DNA of 64,000 nt. Origin: a virus (Duplodnaviria > Caudoviricetes). Below are positions 47,168 to 56,375 of this stretch, in pieces. The notes below the pieces were generated by a model that saw nothing but the letters and a program-made list of their open reading frames with translations, was not told the DNA's origin and searched no databases. Position numbers and translations under genes: made by a program. The stretch covers positions 64,001 to 128,000 of IMG/VR virus record IMGVR_UViG_3300025389_000010; one strand, 5' to 3'. Within the stretch, counting starts at the first letter, position 1. The number at the start of each line of letters is the position of its first letter.

Positions 47168-47915
47168 AACATTAATAGCAATACCAAAGACATCACTTCA
47201 AAAGTTTTTAAGACCCGTAAACAGACTTACAGAAAGTTGTGTTATTAAATCCAATAAGGATTATATATTTACAGTTTGTTCGTCTGCTGATAATAGCGTT
47301 ATCCTTTATGCTAGGACAAATCTTCCAAATTCTCTTGAAGAAGATGTAAGATTAAACCTTATAAACATAAAGAAGTTTCTGACAGGTTTGCATTGTCTTG
47401 GTGACAACGGAACATTTAAAATGATTTATAACAATAATCATTTGATGTGCAAATCAGTAAATGATGCTAATAATGATAGCACACACTTTAAATATCATCT
47501 TGTCGATGATGATATTATCAGAGAATCAACGGTTAATGTTGACAAGATTATAAAACTTAATTTTGACACAACATTTGAACTATCTTTGGAAAAGATAAAG
47601 CAGATTATAACTGCTTATTCTTTTGTAAGCGATGTTAATAAGATATATTTTTATTCTAAAGATGATTGTGTATTTGCAGAAATCGATGACAAAACAATGC
47701 AAAATGTTGACAATGTTTCTTTGATGGTTGCTGACAATTATCAAGGACAATCTATTGAGCCGATGTCCATTAAAATTGAAATTTTTAAGCTTCTAGCAAC
47801 TAGTAAAAGTTCAATTAAAGTAAAGATTAATAATCAATTTAAAGTATTTGTTTTTAACACGCAAGAAGATGATAATACAGAGTTAAAATATATCATTTCG
47901 ACACTTGTTAAATAA
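47160..47915 (+). CDS. gp45: Sliding clamp (T4 gp45-like)
   Basis: About 250 aa beta-clamp-like pattern within the replication cluster. Confidence 0.6.
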   Translation: MTETLIAIPKTSLQKFLRPVNRLTESCVIKSNKDYIFTVCSSADNSVILYARTNLPNSLEEDVRLNLINIKKFLTGLHCLGDNGTFKMIYNNNHLMCKSVNDANNDSTHFKYHLVDDDIIRESTVNVDKIIKLNFDTTFELSLEKIKQIITAYSFVSDVNKIYFYSKDDCVFAEIDDKTMQNVDNVSLMVADNYQGQSIEPMSIKIEIFKLLATSKSSIKVKINNQFKVFVFNTQEDDNTELKYIISTLVK

Positions 47916-47937
47916 TTTACTTTGGGTAAATTATTAT

Positions 47938-48261
47938 ATGTCAAAGAATAAAATAACTACTGTTGGATACTTCATAAAAAGACTTCGTGATTGTGGGTAT
48001 GTAACCGATAAAGTTTTTACAAACTATTCAAAAGGAGATTCTAGATCATGGACAGTAGTTGTTGATCCAAGTAAAACTTCAGTTTTTATAACTTGTTTTA
48101 ATAATCAAAATTATTTTGGAGAAGAATATTTTGAATTATATGATGGTGGACAATATATACCAGACAGATTTAAATTAAAAACAAGTTCTATTGAAACCGT
48201 AATAGAATATCTTGTTAAATTTAATATAAACAACAAGTCATCTGATTATGGCAAGCAATAG
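47938..48261 (+). CDS. Hypothetical protein
   Basis: ATG 47938 lies 5 nt after TTGTTA-N16-TAAATT (47905-47932). Confidence 0.6.
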   Translation: MSKNKITTVGYFIKRLRDCGYVTDKVFTNYSKGDSRSWTVVVDPSKTSVFITCFNNQNYFGEEYFELYDGGQYIPDRFKLKTSSIETVIEYLVKFNINNKSSDYGKQ

Positions 48262-48640
48262 GAAGAAAAAAACAGATACAAGCAGTCCTTCTCTTTCTTC
48301 TGAAAAGGTAAAAGCAGAAGTAAAGAAAATGTCAAAAGAAGAAATTGAAATTTTAAATAAAAAAGTATTTGATGCAATAAACAATGTAGAGCTTCAAAAA
48401 AGTTTAGATCGGTGGATGAAAGAGCATGGCGAAAAAAACCAAATAGCATTAAGAGATCTTTCATTGTTAAAAAAAATGTTGACAGAATATCTAGATACAT
48501 TTTTATTATTTGGTTATAATACTGAAGGCGAAAGAATTTTAATACAACATTTTTCAAATGCCAGAGACAGAGATGCTATAATGGAATTTTTCAAAACAAT
48601 ATTTTTTAAACAACAACACGAAAACTTTTTAGACGAATAA
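48248..48640 (+). CDS. Hypothetical protein
   Basis: 130-aa ORF. Confidence 0.6.
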   Translation: MASNRKKKTDTSSPSLSSEKVKAEVKKMSKEEIEILNKKVFDAINNVELQKSLDRWMKEHGEKNQIALRDLSLLKKMLTEYLDTFLLFGYNTEGERILIQHFSNARDRDAIMEFFKTIFFKQQHENFLDE

Positions 48641-48641
48641 T

Positions 48642-49661
48642 ATGGATATTAATAACTTAACAGATTGTATAAGAACACAAGGGAAATTCACGGAAACCTT
48701 TTTACCAACGGGTTCTGCTAAATTTTTAGATAGAAATTTTAGCATTCTTCCTTATCTTTGTGAGCTATTAAAAAATGCAAATGACAGTACGATTGATCCT
48801 CTTCTAGTAAAACCTGAACCGTTTGATGTTACACCATATACAGACGTAAGCGGTTTAACTGCTATTGGCGATCCTCGTTTTTCGTTAGGATCTGTGTTAT
48901 CAGCAACATACGTTAACTTCTTACCTAGAATGATTGCACAAACAGAATTAAAGCAATCTGGTGGAACACAAGTTATTGATAACTATATATGTGATTCAGA
49001 TGGTGTTCCTATAAAAGAATCAGAAACAATTCCTATCTTGTTGTCTTTGGATTTAACTGGTCAAAAACCATATAACTATGGTGCTGTATACATTCCACCA
49101 CTTAGTGCAGGTACTACATTAGATCAATTATTGGAGCCTATACAACCTCAAGAAATTGAATTTTTTGTATTGAATAATATAAAAATTGCAATTGAAAGTA
49201 CTGCTGAAAATTTTGTAAATTTCATAGGTTTGTATTTTCCAGATTGGACAGCTTCTTTGTATGAATATACAACACCACCGGTTTTCATGGTGCAATTAAA
49301 TCGTGTAGATCCTGCAACTGCAAATCCAGAAACTGTATTTTTAAAATTTCATCTTGATAGCATTAAACCTGTTGCAAATTTATTAAATTTAAAAACAATT
49401 ACATATTGTCAAGGTGCTCCTCAGTCACAAGGTCCAGCACAAACAAAAGCTATTGCAGACATACCTTTGGATTACAATGATGCAATGTCATCAGGTCAAG
49501 CTGGTAAAGCAACTTACGATTACATCATGGCTAATTATCATTTAACGACACAAAACTCTTATGCAACATTGTTTGCATCACCACAATCAATGCAAACTTA
49601 TTTTGATACGATTAATAATACAAATGCATCTACTGTGATTTGTGCAGTATCAAGCCTTTAA
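48642..49661 (+). CDS. Hypothetical protein
   Basis: 339-aa ORF. Confidence 0.6.
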   Translation: MDINNLTDCIRTQGKFTETFLPTGSAKFLDRNFSILPYLCELLKNANDSTIDPLLVKPEPFDVTPYTDVSGLTAIGDPRFSLGSVLSATYVNFLPRMIAQTELKQSGGTQVIDNYICDSDGVPIKESETIPILLSLDLTGQKPYNYGAVYIPPLSAGTTLDQLLEPIQPQEIEFFVLNNIKIAIESTAENFVNFIGLYFPDWTASLYEYTTPPVFMVQLNRVDPATANPETVFLKFHLDSIKPVANLLNLKTITYCQGAPQSQGPAQTKAIADIPLDYNDAMSSGQAGKATYDYIMANYHLTTQNSYATLFASPQSMQTYFDTINNTNASTVICAVSSL

Positions 49662-51730
49662 TTACAATTTAGCATTGTAAAGTCTGGTGGAGGATTTAAA
49701 TTACCATCAGGTGTAAAATTAGCAGTAACTGGTACATAATTTCCATTGAATGCATCAAGCCCCTGAATACCATATGCTGCGTTTCTTTGCAAAATAGCAT
49801 TGTTTACTCTATCACTTTTTCCGTTACCAAAAGAACCGCCACCTCCACCACAGGCACTTATACATTTTGGTCCCGGTGCTGTTCCTACGCCATTTGTTTC
49901 TGCTGGAATAGGAATTTTACTTGGTGATGGTGCAGCACTTCTCATATCAAATTCAGTATTATAATATGTTGCTTTTGGAATAAGCTGACTATGCTGGTGA
50001 GTATCAACAGTTGAATAGTGTGTATGTGGATGCATAAAAACAGCAGCGACTGCTGTAGGATCAACCATTCCTATAACGGTACCAGTTGGTCCAATAACTT
50101 TAATGGGTGTATAATTTACATTTGAAAGCATCCATGCAAAACCAACGGTTTGACCTTCGTTTGCTACAGGTATTGCCATCATTACCGTACCGTATGTTTC
50201 TTCTACTTTTTTAGTTATGGCAGCAAGTCCTAAATCTGCAAAAAATCCGGTTACTGCCCAAGCAAGATCTCGTCCTACTACTTTTAAAGCGTTATCTATT
50301 TTATCTAAAATGTTTGCACTTTTCTTTAATAAGTTACTGTGCACAGGCATTCCAGCATGCATGTTTTCATTACCACATGGCGTAACTTGTATTCTTTCAC
50401 CGGGAATATGTAAATGAGGAACATATAAAGAACTACCTACGTGACCTCTTCCTTTAAAAACAATATCGCCTTCTATGCTCAATTGACCTTGAACATAGGT
50501 ATTTCCATCAATATGACAACCTTCATCTCCGCTTCTGTTTTTAGCATCTATATAAACATTGCCACCGGCGATTGTTGTTTTATTTTTTGATGATATTGTA
50601 AGCTCACCCGTATCAGCAGTCATGTCTATTTTAGTACCGGCAACCGAAACAATACCATTACTTTTTATATCAACACCGGGCGTACCTGTTGAAAGCGTAA
50701 ATTGTTCATTTACGTTTAAATGCAAACTACCAACACCAACTTCTGGTGGTATATATGCCATATTTTCAACACTTCCTTTTGTGTTTGGAAAATGACCTTG
50801 TGATTTAGCAGCCTGTGCATCTTGTAAAGTTGTTGGTATTAGTTTATGACCTACCATTGCATGATCATCTTGCTTATTTTGTGCACCGGGTATACCGACT
50901 TGAATCATCGTGTCACCATGATGATAGATAACTGATTGACCTTTTTCAGATAATATCTTTTGATTTTTTTCAATTTCATCTTTATGTTCATTATATGCAG
51001 CAATACCTGCTTGTGTTCCTGCATTTATAGCATGTTGTGGATCAACAATTTTTCCATTTTTACAACCCGGACTACCACATCCTTTACCACCGTTTAAAGA
51101 AAGCAAACTTGATATTCCTAAAAAAGGAGCAATAACATATTGTATTATTTTCTGAATAACATCCCAAGGTATAGGTAAACGTGGAAAATATTTTTGAAGA
51201 GTCAGCATTGCTTTCTTTGCTTTTTCATAAGCTTTTTGATCCAAGTGTTTTGTTTTACATATGGGACAAGGAATCATTGCTTGTTCACTTTTTGCGGCTT
51301 CTTCTGTTTTATCTATTTTGGCTTGTTGTATTTTTTTTGAAAGTTCTGCAATTTTTGCAGCTGCTGCTTTTTGTTCTGGTGATGGATTACCATATTGAAC
51401 CGAATGATCACCATTATGTAAAATATGATGATCGCCACCATAAACAAATTGAGAATCACCTCTTACGTTTATGGTAAAAGCTCTTTGTACGTTTATACAA
51501 AAATCACCAACTGATTTCCATATTGCACGACCCGGCATGAAAGACCAAAAACTACCATCTTTAAATTTTGCACTAATATGTGAATTATCGCTTTTTACAG
51601 ATGAACCAAATTCATCATCTTTTATATCCGTTGCAGAAACAAAACCACCCGCTTGAGAAGCTAAAATACTTTTATCTTTTACTTGTTGACTTGTAACGAT
51701 ATCTGGTTCGTGTACTGAATTTGTTGCCAT
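49658..51730 (-). CDS. Baseplate central spike, gp5 C-terminal beta-helix-like, without OB-fold
   Basis: DGSFWSFMPG..KSVGDFCINVQRAFTINVRGDSQFVYGGDHHILHNGDHSVQYG beta-helix repeats; HPHTH near the C-terminus; follows two gp5 OB genes. Confidence 0.65.
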   Translation of the reverse strand: MATNSVHEPDIVTSQQVKDKSILASQAGGFVSATDIKDDEFGSSVKSDNSHISAKFKDGSFWSFMPGRAIWKSVGDFCINVQRAFTINVRGDSQFVYGGDHHILHNGDHSVQYGNPSPEQKAAAAKIAELSKKIQQAKIDKTEEAAKSEQAMIPCPICKTKHLDQKAYEKAKKAMLTLQKYFPRLPIPWDVIQKIIQYVIAPFLGISSLLSLNGGKGCGSPGCKNGKIVDPQHAINAGTQAGIAAYNEHKDEIEKNQKILSEKGQSVIYHHGDTMIQVGIPGAQNKQDDHAMVGHKLIPTTLQDAQAAKSQGHFPNTKGSVENMAYIPPEVGVGSLHLNVNEQFTLSTGTPGVDIKSNGIVSVAGTKIDMTADTGELTISSKNKTTIAGGNVYIDAKNRSGDEGCHIDGNTYVQGQLSIEGDIVFKGRGHVGSSLYVPHLHIPGERIQVTPCGNENMHAGMPVHSNLLKKSANILDKIDNALKVVGRDLAWAVTGFFADLGLAAITKKVEETYGTVMMAIPVANEGQTVGFAWMLSNVNYTPIKVIGPTGTVIGMVDPTAVAAVFMHPHTHYSTVDTHQHSQLIPKATYYNTEFDMRSAAPSPSKIPIPAETNGVGTAPGPKCISACGGGGGSFGNGKSDRVNNAILQRNAAYGIQGLDAFNGNYVPVTANFTPDGNLNPPPDFTMLNCN

Positions 51731-51742
51731 ATTTAATATTTA

Positions 51743-52819
51743 TTATTTAACATTAGTTATGCAATCGTTTATATTGCAAAGACATACTGGAAAATTTGGA
51801 TTACCATTATGAAAAAACACAATTACTTTTGAATTTACCATAGGCGTAGATATAGCACCTATTGGTGCACCGGGTCTGCTTCCAATATCAGCAGGACCAT
51901 TATGGTTTACTAGTTCTGTTGGTCTTATAACCTTTTGATCTTTTGATGCTTGTGTTGTGTCTGGACCAGCACCTGAAATTGGCACTTGATTAACTCTATT
52001 TAAAACTTCATCAGATCTTTGTCCACTAATTCCAAAATTATTAGAATTCGGTATACCGCCTTCTTCGCTAAATAATTGAGCATTACTATCACCTACAAAA
52101 ATTGCATCTTTATATTGAGAAGCAATATTATTAACTGTTTTAACATTTAAATGGACACCGTCTCCCGTATATTGATTAGAATCAGGAATACTAATAACAT
52201 CAGCTATTCCACTTGCAGCCGAAACAACAGCATCTGTTGTTGCACCATATTTATTTGGATTTGGTGGTATAACATAAACCTGATATCCTTTTGCTTTTAA
52301 ATCATTAATTAATTTTATTGTATTTTGTTTTGTTACATCTGGTGAAAATTTTGCATCATAATCATTTGTACCAATTGCAAGTATTGCTTTTTTTCCATTT
52401 GGATTTGTGTTTACTGCTGTTGAACCATCAAATTTACCATCCGGATTATTTGCTCCATTATTTTTTGGAGAATCTACAGGTGATTTTTTCTCCGCAGCTG
52501 ATTGGTTTTTATTTTCGGGATTAGCTGTACTATCCGATGGAGATGGTGCTGGTTTTCCTACAGTTTCATTTTGAGGAGCAGATGTTGAACCACCCCAAAA
52601 AGAAACAGCAATTTCAGCCCAAGGCAAAAGAGATTTGAGTCTTTCTAATACGGCAGGTTTAAATGAAGCAGATGTAATTTTAATATCAACTGCATCTTTA
52701 TTCCAATCTTCATATAAAGTAGTTGAAATATTTGGTACAAAAACTTGTACTCTTCCTCTTTTTTCAGGATCAGCTGTATTAATTATAATACCGGGATAAA
52801 AACCATGATACTGTATCAT
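51743..52819 (-). CDS. gp5/VgrG OB-fold protein with inserted circularly permuted SGNH hydrolase
   Basis: OB halves DPEKRGRVQV..LPWA and PMVNSKVIVFFHNGNPNFPV flank GTND, DGVH, GDS, GISG. Confidence 0.8.
   Translation of the reverse strand: MIQYHGFYPGIIINTADPEKRGRVQVFVPNISTTLYEDWNKDAVDIKITSASFKPAVLERLKSLLPWAEIAVSFWGGSTSAPQNETVGKPAPSPSDSTANPENKNQSAAEKKSPVDSPKNNGANNPDGKFDGSTAVNTNPNGKKAILAIGTNDYDAKFSPDVTKQNTIKLINDLKAKGYQVYVIPPNPNKYGATTDAVVSAASGIADVISIPDSNQYTGDGVHLNVKTVNNIASQYKDAIFVGDSNAQLFSEEGGIPNSNNFGISGQRSDEVLNRVNQVPISGAGPDTTQASKDQKVIRPTELVNHNGPADIGSRPGAPIGAISTPMVNSKVIVFFHNGNPNFPVCLCNINDCITNVK
52617..52726. repeat. 110-bp direct repeat between gp5 paralogs (copy 2 at 53827-53936)
   Basis: 109/110 identical by manual alignment. 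Confidence 0.95.
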
Positions 52820-52820
52820 A

Positions 52821-54029
52821 TTACAATACTGATGTTACTGCATCAGAAACAGAAGCAAAGCAAATTGGAAAATTAGGATTCTCGTTTAAAAAGAACACCC
52901 ATACTTTTGAATTTACCATAGGTGTAGAAACAGCACCCATTGGTGCACCCGCTCTTCCACCAACATCAACAGGACCGTTTGCGTTTACAAGATCAGTTGG
53001 TCTTATAACTCTTTGATCTTTTGAACCTTCTCCTGTTTGGCTTGCATATGCTGGGTTTTTTGTTTTGTTTAAAAATTTTTGATAATTACCTTCAGCAAAT
53101 GCAATATTTGCCTGATTTTGTTCAGGCGATACTCCAATATAATTGTTATAATCTTCTATCGATGCAAAACTTTTTCTGACAGGATATTGATCTGCTGGTA
53201 ATAATGTTATTTGTACGGCATCATTTGTGCTCATCAAAGTTCCAGTGGAACTACTTCCTGTTGCTTGATATCCGCCTAATCCCAACATATTACCAGCTGC
53301 TAATGACATTTCTGCATAATTTGATCTAAATGTAGTAGTGTGTGGATCTTCAGTATATGAATCAGCTATTACTGCTGTTATAGTTTTTTTTGTATTGGGA
53401 TTATAAACAGAAACAGTTCTTCCGACTAAGCCACCCGGTCCAGCTATAAAAACGTCAGTTTCACCATTAAAAGGTCTACCTCCGACATTTATAGATGTTA
53501 CGGTATTACCAGCCCAACCTTCAAGTTGATTTGATCTATTTGAACCGTTTAAATCATAAGCAATATTTTTACCGCTGCTATTAACAACAGTTTGAGTCAC
53601 ATTAGCAGGTGCCCCTTGAGGTTGTTTTGTTGTACCATCAAATTTACCATCTGGATTATTTGCTCCATTATTTTCAGGGTATTGGGTTGGTGCTTTTTGA
53701 GGCGTAGCTGACTGATTTTTATTTTCAGGATTAGCTGTACTGTCCGATGGAGATGGTGCTGGTTTTCCGGTTGTTTCGTTTTGTGGTGCAGATGTTGAAC
53801 CGCCCCAAAATGCACTTGTGACTTCTGCCCAAGGCAAAAGAGATTTGAGTCTTTCTAATACAGCAGGTTTAAATGAAGCAGATGTAATTTTAATATCAAC
53901 TGCATCTTTATTCCAATCTTCATATAAAGTAGTTGATATATTTGGAACAAAAACCTGAACTCTGCCTCGCTTTTCAGGATCAACTGTATTTATAACGATA
54001 CCTAAATGTACACCCGGTACGTTTTTCAT
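52821..54029 (-). CDS. gp5/VgrG OB-fold protein with inserted RlpA-like double-psi beta-barrel
   Basis: Same OB frame; insert GRTVSVYNPNTKKTITAVIAD..RSNYAEMSLAAGNMLG..AVQITLL. Confidence 0.75.
   Translation of the reverse strand: MKNVPGVHLGIVINTVDPEKRGRVQVFVPNISTTLYEDWNKDAVDIKITSASFKPAVLERLKSLLPWAEVTSAFWGGSTSAPQNETTGKPAPSPSDSTANPENKNQSATPQKAPTQYPENNGANNPDGKFDGTTKQPQGAPANVTQTVVNSSGKNIAYDLNGSNRSNQLEGWAGNTVTSINVGGRPFNGETDVFIAGPGGLVGRTVSVYNPNTKKTITAVIADSYTEDPHTTTFRSNYAEMSLAAGNMLGLGGYQATGSSSTGTLMSTNDAVQITLLPADQYPVRKSFASIEDYNNYIGVSPEQNQANIAFAEGNYQKFLNKTKNPAYASQTGEGSKDQRVIRPTDLVNANGPVDVGGRAGAPMGAVSTPMVNSKVWVFFLNENPNFPICFASVSDAVTSVL
53827..53936. repeat. 110-bp direct repeat, copy 2
   Basis: Matches 52617-52726. 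Confidence 0.95.
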
Positions 54030-54030
54030 T

Positions 54031-55746
54031 TTATAAATATTTCTTTAAGGTGTTACCGACTTTATCTAATCCGGTATTTATATCAACACCAACACCAGAA
54101 ACACCTGCACCTAAAGTACTAAATGCATTCCCAAGATCTTTAAAGTCTTGAGATAAAATTTGTCCAAGATCGCCGGGATTTATAGGATTACCAAAAGCAT
54201 CTGTTCTTCCACCATTGTAAAGATTTGGTCCCATAGAAGCTGCAACTGGTGGGAAAAGCTGGGCACCTTGTCCATATCTATTATAGATTGCACCAGCTTT
54301 TGCAAGATAATTACCAATAGGATTAAATGCTGCATATTGTGGTCCCATTTTATTAGTAAGAGCACCCACAATATTACCTTGTAATGCTGTAGCAACATAT
54401 GAATATCCATAATTTGCAAGTTGATCTGACAAGAACCCACCGGGATCGGTTCCTATTTGATTAAATTGGTTTATTACATTTTGTACTTGTGGTGGGAAAA
54501 ACGCAGAAACCGTTGAAAAGGGATTACTGACAAAACTAGAAGTTGTATTCATGAAGTTTTGAATCGTATTCAAATAATTCAAAAAAGGACCGGACATATT
54601 AAACAATGAAGTAAAGAAATTCACATCGTCTAATATGGTTTGGAAAGTATCTAACAATAAACATAATAAATCTAATGGGATAATTTGATCTATCAATTGC
54701 ATCAGTGCTTTTTGTATTTGAGCAATAGCTCCATTTATTATCGCATAAACTTTTTGTATATAATATATCATACCATTATAGATATCATTAACAATTGTTT
54801 GGAAAGTTTCTATAACTTTGTTTATACCTGCAACAAGTCTTCCTAAAGAACCAAAAGATCCTTTTGGCATTGTCAACCAAGCATGGGTTCTAATTTTGTT
54901 ACAAAAATCTTCAAGTTCTGCAACAGAACCTTTATGAATTTTTTCCATTAAGTCTGTAACAAGACTTGGATGAGTTGTTTTTGAACCAGTTGCTGGGTTG
55001 TTTGCTTGTCTATCTGAATTAATTTCATTCACACCTTGTAAACCTGTCGAAGTAAAACAACCTTTTTTACCAGCTGGAGTCTTTTTCAAAATGGAATCTT
55101 TTAAATATGGATCATTTGCCATTTGGTAAAAATCATTAATAAAAGGTTTGTCTATGACATAAGAACAATGATAATTGCTCCAAGATGACATGATCTTATT
55201 ATCAAAACCATATACTAACATATTTAAAAATAAATAATATTTGTTAATGTTATTTTGACAATAATGAAATTTCACCATACCCAATTCTGAATGCGGCATA
55301 CCTTGAACTATTCCCAATAAAGTATTATTAGACAAACCTGTTGCTTTTTCTAATTGTTCTAATTCTTTTTTGTTAAAAGTATGAGCATCACTATTATTTG
55401 AATTAACAGCAGCTACGTTTTCTGGTGTAGGATTGGCTGCTGCTTTTTTTGCAGCGGCAGCATTTGCTTCATTAGGATTTTGCTTATCAGAATTTGGATC
55501 ATAACTCGCACCAACTGGTGGTGCTTTATACAAATAACTTTGATCATCTTCAGTTTGATTGGCTTTAGCTGCTTGCATTTCAAGCATATCCAATTCTTCC
55601 TGTGTTGGAGTAGCTGCATATGAATCTTTAGGAAAAGATTCCACTGGTTGTTGAAGACCTGCTGTACTGGCGGCAGCTTTCAACCCAACCGCATTTGGAT
55701 CTGGATTATCGGGAAATATACTTGGGATATTATCTTCGGTTGCCAT
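54031..55746 (-). CDS. Hypothetical protein in baseplate cluster
   Basis: 571 aa, helical middle; co-oriented with the gp5 genes. Confidence 0.6.
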   Translation of the reverse strand: MATEDNIPSIFPDNPDPNAVGLKAAASTAGLQQPVESFPKDSYAATPTQEELDMLEMQAAKANQTEDDQSYLYKAPPVGASYDPNSDKQNPNEANAAAAKKAAANPTPENVAAVNSNNSDAHTFNKKELEQLEKATGLSNNTLLGIVQGMPHSELGMVKFHYCQNNINKYYLFLNMLVYGFDNKIMSSWSNYHCSYVIDKPFINDFYQMANDPYLKDSILKKTPAGKKGCFTSTGLQGVNEINSDRQANNPATGSKTTHPSLVTDLMEKIHKGSVAELEDFCNKIRTHAWLTMPKGSFGSLGRLVAGINKVIETFQTIVNDIYNGMIYYIQKVYAIINGAIAQIQKALMQLIDQIIPLDLLCLLLDTFQTILDDVNFFTSLFNMSGPFLNYLNTIQNFMNTTSSFVSNPFSTVSAFFPPQVQNVINQFNQIGTDPGGFLSDQLANYGYSYVATALQGNIVGALTNKMGPQYAAFNPIGNYLAKAGAIYNRYGQGAQLFPPVAASMGPNLYNGGRTDAFGNPINPGDLGQILSQDFKDLGNAFSTLGAGVSGVGVDINTGLDKVGNTLKKYL

Positions 55747-55753
55747 ATTTTTA

Positions 55754-55781
55754 TTGATTAATTTAGAATGTCTCCTATAAT
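55754..55781 (+). promoter_or_regulatory. Sigma70-type promoter TTGATT-N16-TATAAT (dNMP kinase)
   Basis: 6 nt before ATG 55788. Confidence 0.7.
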
Positions 55782-55787
55782 ATATTT

Positions 55788-56375
55788 ATGGTAGAAGACT
55801 TAATTTTGTACCCTCCTATAGGGATAGCTGGTGCAGCTAGATCTGGAAAAGACACCTTATGTAAAGGAATGATAAGATATTTATCATCACTGGGTATAAA
55901 GGCAAAAAGAATGTCAATTGCAGGTGATACTGTAAAAAATGATGTTTATCAATTATTAATGGATAAGTTTGGTATAGATTCTCATACAGAAAACCACGAA
56001 GATAAGGAATTTATCAGACCATTATTAGTAGAATACGGTAAAATGCAGAGAGTTAAAACAAAAGGTCGTTATTTTATAAACAAATTTAAATTTGTTCCTG
56101 AAAGTATTAATATTATACCCGATATAAGATATATAGAATATCCAAATGATGAAGTAAACTGGCTTAAAGATGAAGTAAAAGGTCTTTTAATCTTTATCAA
56201 AAGAAAAGATGTTCATGATGCAAATGATACTGAAAAAGTTAATAATAGGATTATTAAACATCATGCAGATTATCGTTTAGAATGGGATACAGTTAAAAAT
56301 GATCAAGAAGTTGATGATCATGCAAAATATATAATTGATAATTTTTATTTACCACTTATTAACAGGACATTTTGA
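55788..56375 (+). CDS. Deoxynucleoside monophosphate kinase (T4 gp1-like)
   Basis: IGIAGAARSGKDT, RPLLVEYG, IIPDIRY..E. Confidence 0.8.
   Translation: MVEDLILYPPIGIAGAARSGKDTLCKGMIRYLSSLGIKAKRMSIAGDTVKNDVYQLLMDKFGIDSHTENHEDKEFIRPLLVEYGKMQRVKTKGRYFINKFKFVPESINIIPDIRYIEYPNDEVNWLKDEVKGLLIFIKRKDVHDANDTEKVNNRIIKHHADYRLEWDTVKNDQEVDDHAKYIIDNFYLPLINRTF

Noticed and set aside
51743-54029. Diversity-generating retroelement (template/variable repeat pair)
   Set aside because: The repeats show no adenine-specific mismatch pattern, both copies are coding N-terminal regions, and there is no reverse transcriptase in the window
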